A stretch of 26,776 nucleotides of DNA, taken from positions 1 through 26,776 of IMG/VR virus record IMGVR_UViG_3300033559_000106. One strand, 5' to 3'. The translations under genes were made by a program, and so were the position numbers. Position 1 is the first letter of the stretch, and each line of letters starts with the position of its first letter. Source of the DNA: a virus. Its lineage: Duplodnaviria; Caudoviricetes. Below the pieces are notes generated by a model that searched no databases, was not told the origin of the DNA, and saw nothing but the letters and a program-made list of their open reading frames with translations. This document shows positions 14,550 through 24,400 of this stretch, piece after piece.

Positions 14550-15977
14550 ATGTACCAAAAAAGAAAAGATTTTATAGGAAGACTCGGCAAAATAGCCGCA
14601 TTGTTAATTGGTTTTATTGCAATTTTATTTTTTGCAAGTGGAGTAGTAGAAGGTTTGATTGGTGGAGTAGTTAGCTTAGCATTTGCATTACCTGTCGGGT
14701 TTAGCAAGGATACATTTAAACATCTATCTTCGTCCGAACTTGAAACTTTGACAGAAGAAGAGTTAAAAAAGTATTCCGAAATAAAAGAAGAGCATACTAT
14801 ATTGCAAGCCGCTAAATTGGCACGCAAAGAAGTTGCAGACGAAATTGCAGTTTGGAAAGCAAAGAATGATATTTTGGAAGCCGCAGTAGAAGGTATTACG
14901 AAAAATTTGCAAGGACTTAATTCTAAAACTTCACGTAAAGACGAAAATTTAGTTAAGTTTAGTAATGAATTAAAAGTATTTTTAAAACCAATCGCAGATG
15001 GCGAAGTTAAATTTAACCAAAAGCGAGTAGCATATAACATAAATGCAGACGAGATTTTTAAAGCCGCAATAGTAATGACGACAGGTACCCCGACGTTAGC
15101 AACTGATTATTTAACGCCTTATTTAGAAAGTGGAATTAAAAAACTATCAAAAATAAATTTAGTTATATTAAAGTATATCACTGTAGTTAGTAAAAACATA
15201 AACGGTGAATGGAATCAATATAGCTGGAGAGAGCAATCAACGATTACTAACAATTGTGATTACGTATTAGAAAATGCAACTAATCCGAACACCAACTCTT
15301 CTACTTACATAACTAATAAAAAAAATGTTGTAAAATGGCAAGCCAAAAGTGTTTTAACCGAAGAACTCATGACTGACGCAAACGAAGCGTATAATGATGC
15401 TCGACAAAACATGGCAGAAGATATGTTAAGATTTTTAGAAAGAGAATTATTATCTGGAGCAGATTCTGCAATAACATTACATGGTATTTTGAATTATGGA
15501 ACGGTTTTAAATATGCCAAGTTTAGAAAATACAATCGATGCACCAACTAAAATTCAAGTTATTGACAATGCAATTACTCAAGTATATTCTCAAGGAAAAG
15601 TAAGACCGAACGTTGTTTTAGTGAACGCTGGTGATTTTCAAGAAATGAAAAATACAATGGACTTAAACCTTAATACCGTTCAATATGCTTACGTAAAAAT
15701 AACTGATAACACTTTAACTATCTCTGGAGTACCTGTGGAAGTTCACGACCTTTTAACAAAAAACACATTTGTTTGTGGTAATTTGGCTTATTTCAATTTT
15801 ATTTACAAAAAACAAATTACCGAAGACATGACTAATTACAATGGCACTGATTGGGAAAATAATAGAATTAGCATAAAAAGAGATGCGAGAGGTTTATCTT
15901 ACATGGCTGATTGCGACCAAGACAAATTAGTTGTAGATACTTACACAAATGCTGCTGCATTCTTACAAAGTTTATAG
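14550..15977 (+). CDS. Major capsid protein (HK97 fold) with long N-terminal delta-like region and hydrophobic leader
   Basis: LTEELMTD, ELLSGAD...LHGILN, PNVVLVNAGDFQEMKNTMD, TISGVPV, FVCGN. Followed by a terminator. Confidence 0.88.
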   Translation: MYQKRKDFIGRLGKIAALLIGFIAILFFASGVVEGLIGGVVSLAFALPVGFSKDTFKHLSSSELETLTEEELKKYSEIKEEHTILQAAKLARKEVADEIAVWKAKNDILEAAVEGITKNLQGLNSKTSRKDENLVKFSNELKVFLKPIADGEVKFNQKRVAYNINADEIFKAAIVMTTGTPTLATDYLTPYLESGIKKLSKINLVILKYITVVSKNINGEWNQYSWREQSTITNNCDYVLENATNPNTNSSTYITNKKNVVKWQAKSVLTEELMTDANEAYNDARQNMAEDMLRFLERELLSGADSAITLHGILNYGTVLNMPSLENTIDAPTKIQVIDNAITQVYSQGKVRPNVVLVNAGDFQEMKNTMDLNLNTVQYAYVKITDNTLTISGVPVEVHDLLTKNTFVCGNLAYFNFIYKKQITEDMTNYNGTDWENNRISIKRDARGLSYMADCDQDKLVVDTYTNAAAFLQSL

Positions 15978-15987
15978 TAATTTATTA

Positions 15988-16023
15988 AGTACTGTTACAT
16001 AAAAAGTAACGGTACTATTTTTT
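15988..16023 (+). terminator. Intrinsic terminator after capsid gene
   Basis: AGTACTGTTAC-ATAAAAA-GTAACGGTACT then ATTTTTT. Confidence 0.75.
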
Positions 16024-16048
16024 AACTTTTTAAAATCAAAAAAAAAAT

Positions 16049-16951
16049 ATGGCTTTTATAAATAAAAACTTATCAATAGATCAATGTGCAGACAAATTTG
16101 CATCGGCTTTACAAAACTGGGCTGAATGCCACCAAAATATTTTATTAAATCCTTTTGGTGTCATTATAACAAAATCAACAAATCGGTTAGACCCAGTTGG
16201 AGATGTGCCAACATCAGCTGAAATTGCTGCATCTATATTAGCAGGTTATAGTATTATATATAATTTTACTGGAGGAACTGTTCCTGCACCGACTTTTACA
16301 GAAAAAACTGGTAATGATACTTATACTGGAATGCCAGAGCAATTTAATGTAATGCAAACAGTTACAAGTCAAATTAAAGTTATCAATAATAAAAGTTTAT
16401 TGGCAATTAAGAAAAATAACGCATCTTTTAAAGCAGCATATATTCACATATTTAGCAGAGAAGGACGAATTATTTTCGGCGGGAAACATGGTGTATTATC
16501 AAATTGTCAATTACTACCACCGCAACAACCAGTTTACAACGAACCTGCATTTATAGATAAAATTTGGAGCTTTTATGACGACCCAGACCATTACTTATCT
16601 ATCGGAGAAATAGACGAAGGATTGTTAGCTTTAGAAAACTTAGTAACTGAAGGAACAATTACCTTAACAGGTGATGCGGCTCCAAGTTTCAAACCACAAA
16701 GTTTTTTAAACTTAACAGGTTGGAATAAGATTTTATACCCGAATTTATACGGCAAAATTACTCCCGACATCCAAACAGCAACTATATACTCGGACGCGGC
16801 ACGCACATTGTCGGTTGCAACGGTTGAATTAGCAGACCCTGCTTTAGTTGGTACTGTTACCGCAACTAATACAAGCGGCTTCGGAGGAAGCATCGAAGTA
16901 ACCGCAGTTACACCAACGTTAAATGACTTGTTGGTAATAGCGTATTCGTAA
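16049..16951 (+). CDS. Probable major tail (tube) protein with C-terminal beta-rich extension
   Basis: Flanked by terminators like an abundant structural gene. The N-terminal Cys pair, GNDTYTG and IWSF segments recall tail tube proteins of Bacteroides-type siphoviruses. Thr/Val-rich C-terminus. Confidence 0.5.
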   Translation: MAFINKNLSIDQCADKFASALQNWAECHQNILLNPFGVIITKSTNRLDPVGDVPTSAEIAASILAGYSIIYNFTGGTVPAPTFTEKTGNDTYTGMPEQFNVMQTVTSQIKVINNKSLLAIKKNNASFKAAYIHIFSREGRIIFGGKHGVLSNCQLLPPQQPVYNEPAFIDKIWSFYDDPDHYLSIGEIDEGLLALENLVTEGTITLTGDAAPSFKPQSFLNLTGWNKILYPNLYGKITPDIQTATIYSDAARTLSVATVELADPALVGTVTATNTSGFGGSIEVTAVTPTLNDLLVIAYS

Positions 16952-16963
16952 AATTTATTAATC

Positions 16964-16992
16964 AAAAGGCACTTAGCAATAAGTGTCTTTTT
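16964..16992 (+). terminator. Intrinsic terminator (possibly bidirectional)
   Basis: AAAAGGCACTTA-GCAA-TAAGTGTCTTTTT with a GNRA loop. Confidence 0.8.
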
Positions 16993-17006
16993 AAAAGTTT
17001 AAAAAA

Positions 17007-17807
17007 ATGGCAAAAAAAATTATTATAGATTGGTTTAAAAAATTAGTTGGAACTGCAACAAATACAACTGATTATATTCCAATAGTTTTAGACAAAACAA
17101 ACGAATTATATAAGCCAGGAGACCACAATGCGAAGTTAATAACTATTGCGGATTTTATTTCCGAATACGGCACAGGAGGTGGTTTGTCAAAGGCAGAAGC
17201 AGATGGTTATTATAGGGCTATTTTAGAACCTTTGTTAAAAGATTTGACAAATAGAACGGCAATAGATTTAGACAGCCGAACTTTAAAAAACATTGCGGGT
17301 GATGTTGTATTAAACTGGCAGACTGTGGCTGCAACGGCTCAAATTTTATTAACTCAAACGATTACTTTAAAAACAAGCGGCTCATTAACAATTGGCAAAA
17401 GTTATTTCATAAAAGAAAATACAACAGGAGACTTTGCAAATGTTGGTGCTTTGGCTAATACTGTTGGTACTATATTTACCGCATCGGGAGCTACTCCAAC
17501 TGATTGGGGTGACGCAGTTTTATACGAAGACCCTCAACCTATTCAAACTATATTAGAAAATAACACAGGCATTACTTTTACAGCAACAAGACCAGATATT
17601 GCAATGTATGAAATTGCTTTTTCTTCGAATGTTGATTTAGCTAAATCATTTGTAAGAATTGATTATTTAAGTTCGGGTAATGATTGCCAAGTTGTTATCA
17701 ACAAAAAACTTGAAACAGGAAAATATAGTTTTAAAACGGTTGATATGGGTGGAAATCCGTACGATTATTCGGGCAAAATTATTTTCGAATTGGTTGTGAA
17801 ACCTTAA
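17007..17807 (+). CDS. Virion structural protein (fibre/decoration-like)
   Basis: Gly/Thr-rich, LLTQ...ILENNTG segment, and a 50-aa module shared with the next gene. Confidence 0.55.
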   Translation: MAKKIIIDWFKKLVGTATNTTDYIPIVLDKTNELYKPGDHNAKLITIADFISEYGTGGGLSKAEADGYYRAILEPLLKDLTNRTAIDLDSRTLKNIAGDVVLNWQTVAATAQILLTQTITLKTSGSLTIGKSYFIKENTTGDFANVGALANTVGTIFTASGATPTDWGDAVLYEDPQPIQTILENNTGITFTATRPDIAMYEIAFSSNVDLAKSFVRIDYLSSGNDCQVVINKKLETGKYSFKTVDMGGNPYDYSGKIIFELVVKP

Positions 17808-17814
17808 AATAATT

Positions 17815-17852
17815 ATTTCAGTTGGTTACTAAATGTAACTAACTGAAATTTT
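17815..17852 (+). terminator. 15-bp hairpin, probable terminator or processing site
   Basis: ATTTCAGTTGGTTAC-TAAAT-GTAACTAACTGAAAT followed by TTT. Confidence 0.65.
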
Positions 17853-17865
17853 AAAAAAATGAAAA

Positions 17866-19170
17866 ATGAAAAATTTAGATTTAATTTATAGTAGTTTCAA
17901 AAATTTAGTTGGTTTTGTAGAGCAAAATAATATAACTTTAGGAAGACAGACTGCGGGCAAGCTAATTGTTGGTAATACTTATTTGATTACAAAATTCAAC
18001 GCGGGTGATATTTTTACTAATTGCGGGGCATCTTCGAATGCAACAGCAGTTATTTTTGTTGCAATTGCAACAACTCCGACATCGTGGACTAATTTAAGCG
18101 AGTTGCAAGATACTAACTTAATTACCTCATCGTCTGGACTATTTGTAAATCAAAATTTAAATGTAAGTTTGGAAATTGTCGAGAGTTGCATACCGTTAAA
18201 AACTGATTTGACAAAGATTGAAACGGTTACAAATTATTTGGAACGTACATATAAAAGTGTAGTTAATAGTTTGATTAATACCTTTATAAAAGAATGCCAT
18301 CAACGGTTAGATATATCTGAAATTTTAGCAAATGAGGATACTGTTTGTTACGAAAATTACGAAATTAATGAGCAAAAGGGCGATTTTGTTGGTTTTTTAA
18401 TTCAGTTAAAACGTGGAAATAATTTGCAATGTGCCATCGAAAATATTCAATTTCAATTAAATGAGATTGATAATTTTAGATTGTATTTGTACGATTTAAC
18501 CAAAAAAACGGCAATAAAAACTATTGATATTGATTATTTAACTGATTTTGATTTATTGATTGAAATTTTAGATGATTTTATTATCAATTCCACAGACTCT
18601 GGCTCTTCGCAAAAGCGTTATTTATTAGGTTTTTACGAGCATAATAGTACAAATCCGCAAACAGTACAATTAAATCCTACAAATGAAATATTTGAATACG
18701 AAAAATATCACATCCATGATAAGATTTTAAAAGATGTGTTTGTTATGCCTGTTCGAATTACAAAAGAAAACCACAAATGGAATGGAACCGATTACGAATT
18801 ACCAAAATATAATCTTACAAATTATTGTAGTAATTCATTGCCAGCTTTTAATTTTCGTATGAATATTGAGGTTGATTATACCAATTTGATAGTTTTGTAT
18901 AAAAATATGTTTGCTGAAATTTTTATGTATTTTTTTGCAATAAAAATTTTAAATGATTGCATAAATACTTTAAATTTCAATGATATTATAAAACAAAATA
19001 TTGATAGTTGGAAAGAATTAAAAACCGAGTACGAAAATAAAGTAAATGGCTTTGTGCTTTATAATGAAAAAGCACAAAGTATTGTTACAAAAGGTATAAT
19101 GGAAATTTTGATTTATAAATTTTCAAATTTAAACGAAAATGTATTTAAAAAACAAAAATGGAGTATCTAA
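17866..19170 (+). CDS. Putative head-completion/neck structural protein (434 aa)
   Basis: Position in the morphogenesis module. LVGF...SSSGLFVNQ N-terminus and FVGFLI segment resemble head-tail proteins of Bacteroidota siphoviruses. Confidence 0.45.
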   Translation: MKNLDLIYSSFKNLVGFVEQNNITLGRQTAGKLIVGNTYLITKFNAGDIFTNCGASSNATAVIFVAIATTPTSWTNLSELQDTNLITSSSGLFVNQNLNVSLEIVESCIPLKTDLTKIETVTNYLERTYKSVVNSLINTFIKECHQRLDISEILANEDTVCYENYEINEQKGDFVGFLIQLKRGNNLQCAIENIQFQLNEIDNFRLYLYDLTKKTAIKTIDIDYLTDFDLLIEILDDFIINSTDSGSSQKRYLLGFYEHNSTNPQTVQLNPTNEIFEYEKYHIHDKILKDVFVMPVRITKENHKWNGTDYELPKYNLTNYCSNSLPAFNFRMNIEVDYTNLIVLYKNMFAEIFMYFFAIKILNDCINTLNFNDIIKQNIDSWKELKTEYENKVNGFVLYNEKAQSIVTKGIMEILIYKFSNLNENVFKKQKWSI

Positions 19171-19173
19171 AAA

Positions 19174-19434
19174 ATGGCGTGCAAAGGTTGTGGACAAAAA
19201 AGGTTAATTTTATTACCGCAAAAAAAAGCGGTTGAAATTGTAGAAAAAAAAGAAATTGAAATTAGTAACTTCGATGCATCGTCTGCAATGCTAATTTGCA
19301 AAGATTGTGAACATTTTAGTAAAAAATACAAACTTTGCATAATTGCAGATTGTAGTTTATGCAAAGGCAGCGTTATAGCCATGTTATCAAATAATTATGT
19401 TACTAAATGTCCAATAGATAAATGGAAAAAATGA
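19174..19434 (+). CDS. Small Cys-rich putative zinc-binding protein
   Basis: MACKGCG...ICKDCEHF...CSLC...CPIDKW. Confidence 0.7.
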   Translation: MACKGCGQKRLILLPQKKAVEIVEKKEIEISNFDASSAMLICKDCEHFSKKYKLCIIADCSLCKGSVIAMLSNNYVTKCPIDKWKK

Positions 19435-19523
19435 AAAATATTTTAAGAATATTACTTTTTTTAATAGTTGCTTTTTATTGTTTAATAAAATATGAAATAA
19501 AAAAATTATGCAAAAAATTATAA
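19431..19523 (+). CDS. Possible 30-aa single-pass membrane peptide (not in ORF track)
   Basis: MKNILRILLFLIVAFYCLIKYEIKKLCKKL*. ATGA-coupled to the upstream gene. Confidence 0.35.
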   Translation: MKNILRILLFLIVAFYCLIKYEIKKLCKKL

Positions 19524-20215
19524 AAAAATATCATTATATAGCAATAATTGCCGTGATATTTGCAATTATATTTATATTTTTAAATATAGATATAAATAAA
19601 ATAAATATGTACCTTCCTTTGATTACCTTTTTATTAATTGTTGTTTTGTTTGGAATGTTTTATGTTTTATTTCAAACAGTTGACGCCATGCGTAGTGAGC
19701 AGATTAATATAAAAGAAATTTTGAAAAATCCGCAAACTATTGACAAAATTAAATCTTCAATAGACAGAAAAGTCCAAGATATCTACCAATTAAAAAAAAT
19801 TAAGAATGACGAGATATTTCATTTATTAACACACGGCATAAAGGTTGGCAAAGAATATTTTAAAACAATTTTATACAAAAATTTTCACGTAAATTTTGCA
19901 GACGAAAAAAGATTAATTTATGAAGAATTTAAAAGTTTAAAAAGAAATATTGATATCTGCAAATTAGTTTCGCAAGCTGATTTTGGAAAAAGTAATTCAG
20001 CGGTTTACGAATATAAAGAAGGACGAATTATTATATTTTTAGAAAAATTAGAAAAAGAAGTTATTTTAATTGAATTAGATAATTTTATTATTAATCTAAA
20101 ATCAATTTCGCACTTAGTGAACGGTGAACGCAGGTTGGCATACGAAAAAATATGCGTTCAGATGATTGAAAATATTGTAATCAACACAATAAATTTATAT
20201 AATAATTTTCAATAA
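19508..20215 (+). CDS. Membrane protein with two N-terminal hydrophobic helices
   Basis: YIAIIAVIFAIIFIFL and LPLITFLLIVVLFGMFYVLF, followed by a soluble helical domain. Confidence 0.65.
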   Translation: MQKIIKKYHYIAIIAVIFAIIFIFLNIDINKINMYLPLITFLLIVVLFGMFYVLFQTVDAMRSEQINIKEILKNPQTIDKIKSSIDRKVQDIYQLKKIKNDEIFHLLTHGIKVGKEYFKTILYKNFHVNFADEKRLIYEEFKSLKRNIDICKLVSQADFGKSNSAVYEYKEGRIIIFLEKLEKEVILIELDNFIINLKSISHLVNGERRLAYEKICVQMIENIVINTINLYNNFQ

Positions 20216-20722
20216 ATGAAAATAGATGATTTTATTTTAAAGTTAAAAAATTTGCAAACCGTTTGCGAAGAAAAAATTATGCAAATTGTTGAAAAAGAGC
20301 AAGAGTATATTACTGATTTAAACAAAATTCAAATGTTTTTTGATAGTATACAGTCTGATGGAAAAAAAATAACAAAAATAAAATCTCCTTTAGAAGATAG
20401 CTGGTATGCTAAAGCTACCGAAGAATATCATAAAGGGAAGTCATTTAGTTTTAAAGGTTTTAGCAAAAAAAAGATACACGGTGACCCTTATCATTTAAAA
20501 GATACGGGACAGTTTTTTAGTTCATTTAATTTAAAAATAAAAGATAATAGTTTTTCAATAAATGCTAAAAAGTTAGATATACAAGGAAAAGAAATAGATA
20601 TGGAAAAGAACTTCGGCAAAAAAATATATGGACTATCCGAAGAAAATAGCAAAATTTTAACAAACGAAATATTAATTCCACAATTAGTAATTTTTTTAAA
20701 TACAAATTATTTCCATGATTAA
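20216..20722 (+). CDS. Putative tail-completion/virion morphogenesis protein
   Basis: DLNKIQM...YAKAT...PYHLKDTGQFFSSF...IYGLSEEN motifs. Position before the chaperones. Confidence 0.6.
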   Translation: MKIDDFILKLKNLQTVCEEKIMQIVEKEQEYITDLNKIQMFFDSIQSDGKKITKIKSPLEDSWYAKATEEYHKGKSFSFKGFSKKKIHGDPYHLKDTGQFFSSFNLKIKDNSFSINAKKLDIQGKEIDMEKNFGKKIYGLSEENSKILTNEILIPQLVIFLNTNYFHD

Positions 20723-21161
20723 AAACAAAGAATTTAATATAAAAATTGCAACGAATCCCGAAGAAGATTTATGTTTGACAAGACACACAAAGGTTATGCA
20801 AGTCCGCGGGCTATTCTTTTTTAATGGGTCCTATAATGACTTTATGCAAATGATGGAAACCAGAAAGTATGCAATAGATTCCGACAAAGAATTGATTTTA
20901 GAAAATTATAGACAGGGACTTTTGATTTCCGAACGTACGTATGATAGGCACATCGAATGTTTTAAACTAATATCATTTGCAGAAGACGAAGACGAGTATA
21001 CCGCAGATGACGATTTTATGAACCAAAAAATAGAAGACTTAAACAAAGCAGGCATAAAATATTCTTACATAAAAGAATGCGTAGAAAATTTTATCAACGC
21101 ATCGCCGACCATGAGAGGACTTTACGAAAGGACGTCGACGATGATGGGAAATCAAAAATAA
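20715..21161 (+). CDS. Tail assembly chaperone (lambda gpG analogue)
   Basis: Acidic 148-aa ORF two ORFs before the tape measure, ending in a slippery heptamer. Confidence 0.7.
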   Translation: MIKNKEFNIKIATNPEEDLCLTRHTKVMQVRGLFFFNGSYNDFMQMMETRKYAIDSDKELILENYRQGLLISERTYDRHIECFKLISFAEDEDEYTADDDFMNQKIEDLNKAGIKYSYIKECVENFINASPTMRGLYERTSTMMGNQK

Positions 21162-21469
21162 GATTAAAAATAATTGATTTATTTAATAAAAAAAATATTT
21201 GCTTTTTAGAAAACAATTTTGAATTAGCTGAAAATTATAAAGTTCAAATCCAAAACGAATTAAAAAAATTAAATAACAAAGATTATTCTGATTATGATAA
21301 TCTTACATATTTTGATTATTTTAATTTATTGAAAAAAAATAATATAAGAACTATTTTAGAAATAGAAGAGTTGGGCAAATTAGATGTTGCGAAATGGAAT
21401 ATTACTAAACTAAGAGATTATATTGATTTTAAAAATCAACAAATACAAAAAAACAATGTCCGAAAATAA
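21146..21469 (+). CDS. -1 frame extension of tail assembly chaperone (gpGT analogue, fusion about 251 aa from 20715)
   Basis: G GGA AAT at 21146-21152 is an in-phase X XXY YYZ heptamer. The -1 frame GKSKIRLKIID... is open to 21469. Confidence 0.72.
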   Translation, partial: GKSKIRLKIIDLFNKKNICFLENNFELAENYKVQIQNELKKLNNKDYSDYDNLTYFDYFNLLKKNNIRTILEIEELGKLDVAKWNITKLRDYIDFKNQQIQKNNVRK

Positions 21470-24400
21470 AGTTGAAATTGAATTTATTGTTAATCAAAGT
21501 TTAAATGAGGCAGTTGTGCAAAGTGCTAAGATTAGACAAAATGCTCTCGATACTCAAGAGGCATATAAAAATATTGCTGGCAAAAGTTCGAACGCTGATT
21601 TTTCTAAGTTTGTGGAAGAACAAAAAAAGATGTCCGATGAACTTGAAAAAACTAAAAAGATTATCAATTTATTAGAAAAAACTATTTTAGATTTAAACAA
21701 ATCACGTGAAAACGAACGTGAAGCGATGGCTAAATCTACAAATATGTATAAAGAAGAATCGAAGACTTTAGCAGATAATCGCACACGAAGACAAGAATTA
21801 ATTGAGGCAAATAAAATATTATCAAAAAATTATGCCGCAAACGCTATTCAAATTGAAGCAAATAAAAAAGTAATTGCTGATTTAAATATTGAATATAAAA
21901 ATTTAAGTAAACAACAAACCGAAAACAAAAAATCGGTTGAAAATTTAGATGATGTTTTAAACAGAGAAGTTAAAACTATAAAAGATGCACAAATACAAAA
22001 CGCAGAATTAAGAAAAATAAGAAATAACATAAACACAACTACCGAAGAGGGGGCAGCACAAATTGAATCTTTGAATAAAGTGATGGATAGAAACAATGAA
22101 TTAATACAAGAAAATTCGAACTTTTTGGAACAAAGAAAAATTAATATTGGTAATTATAATGTTGCACTCAAGGAGACTGAAGATTTATTAAAAACATTAA
22201 TCATAAAACAAGAATTATTACGAAATACAAACAGAGAGAATTCTCAAGAATGGCAAGATTTACAAATTGAAATACAAAATACCGTAAATGTTTATAATAG
22301 ATTAGAAAACGAAATTAATATTGTAGAACGTGAAACTGAGAACTTATTACGTACCAATGAGCAGACTGGCTTATCATTTAAAGAATTAGTCGGGGCAATT
22401 ACAGTTGCGGGTGCAATCGAGCAGGGTATTCAATTAGTCGGTGACGAATTAAAAAAACAGTTACAAAACGTAAAAGACTTCGAAACTGCATTTAAAAGTT
22501 TGGCTGCAATTACAGGATTGACTGGAAATGATTTACAAAACGTAAAGCAAAAAGCACTCGAGTTTTCTTCGGAGTTTGGCGTGGCTGGAAGTGAAATTCT
22601 AAAAACATTCGAATTAGTTGGTAGTCAAAGACCAGAGTTATTAGCAAGTGCAGATTCGATGGCTCTTTTGACAAAACAAGCAATTATATTGGCTAAGGCC
22701 TCGGGTATAAAAGATACTGCGTTATCGGTTAGTTACTTAACAGGCATAATGAACCAGTTCGGACTAACTATAAAAGATACCGATACTCTTATAAATGCAC
22801 TTGCTGCATCTTCGCAAAAAGGAACAGGAACAGTTGAATTTCAAGCAGAAATGATATCCAATTCTGCGGCTGAATTAAAAATTGCAAATATTGATTACAA
22901 AGAAGCCATAGCAATAGGAGAGCAATTATCAACACAATTTAGTTCGGGTAGCGATGCAGCCACATCATTAACTAATGCAATATCTGGTTTACAACAAGAA
23001 GGTAAAGGTTTTCAAAGTGGACAATTTAACTTACAAGATGCTTTAAAACAAACAAATGAAGATTTAAAAAATATAAATTCAGAACAAGAAAAAACTACAT
23101 ATTTAACTAAATTATTTGGCGAAACAGGTATAACTGCTGGTGCGAGATTGTTGGAAACTGTTGATAATATCGACACTTATAAAAACAGTATTTTAGGAAC
23201 AACTGCGGCTTACGATTTAGCAGTAATTAACGGTAAAACATTAGACCAGAGCTTAGCAAAATTAACTGAAACGTGGAATAATTTATTTATTGCACAAGCA
23301 ACAGCAGAGGGTGGCTTTGTAGATATTGCAACAAAAATAGTAGACTTTATAACAAGTATTATAAATGCAGCAAAAGAAAGTAAGATTTTTGAAACTTATA
23401 TTCATGCAGTTAGTGAGTTATTTAAGGATTGGATAAGTGTGTTCGAAAACATATTTATTGCATTTGGCATATTTTCAAAGGAAGAAAATAAAGCAATGAC
23501 CACGACCGAAAAATTAACAAAAGTTTTAAAAATTCTCGGAGACGTTATGTATATAGTTGCGGCTATACCACAGGGAATTGCATGGGCTTTAAATCAATTA
23601 ACTTCTGCAGCCGCATGGGCTATGGACACATTTGATAATTTAAATGGTGTGCTAAAAGGCATAATTATAGTTGCAACATCTTTAGTTAGCCCTATCTTAT
23701 CAATTGGCTTAGCTTTACGTTCACTATTTATAGATACTGACGAGGCAACTATTGCCATGACAGCTTTTTCAAATAGTTTTACAAAGTCATTCGATGTAAC
23801 TTCGAAAGTATTAGCTGCGTTCGGAACCGCAAACGAAAAAGAAATTGCAAAACAATTAGCCGCACAAAAAGCTGCCGCAAAAGAAAAAGGTAAATTAACT
23901 GAAGAAGAAATAGCCGCACAAACAAAAGCACGAGAAGAGCAATTAGCAAAAGATAGTGAGCTGGCTCAACTTAGGATAGATGCCATGACCGATGCTTATC
24001 AAAAGGAATTAGCACAAAACGAAAAAGACCGCAAAGATAAACAAGCAAAATATTTAAAAGATAGCAAAGAATTTTTATTGATAGATAAAATTTACAATGC
24101 AAAAAAATTAGAAATTGAAAATAAATATATAGAAGATACTTTAGCAGTGCAAGCAAAAGCAGAAGCGAAAAGATTAGAAGCTGCAAAAGTTGCAAAAGAA
24201 TTAAAATTAACTGCATTCGAAGACGCACAAACTTTAGCTAAAGCGAAAAATGATGTCGTTTTAGAAATTTTGGTAGCTGGCGAAGAAGAAAAAAAGTTGT
24301 ACGAAAAACAATTTGAGGCAAAACAATTAGAAGATAAAATTACATATTTAAAAGATTTTTACGGCGTTACTACAAATGTAGAAATTGACTTGTTAAAAGA

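Noticed and set aside
21077-21145. Independent start of ORF 21077
   Set aside because: It overlaps the upstream gene by 85 nt and is better explained as the -1 frameshift extension.
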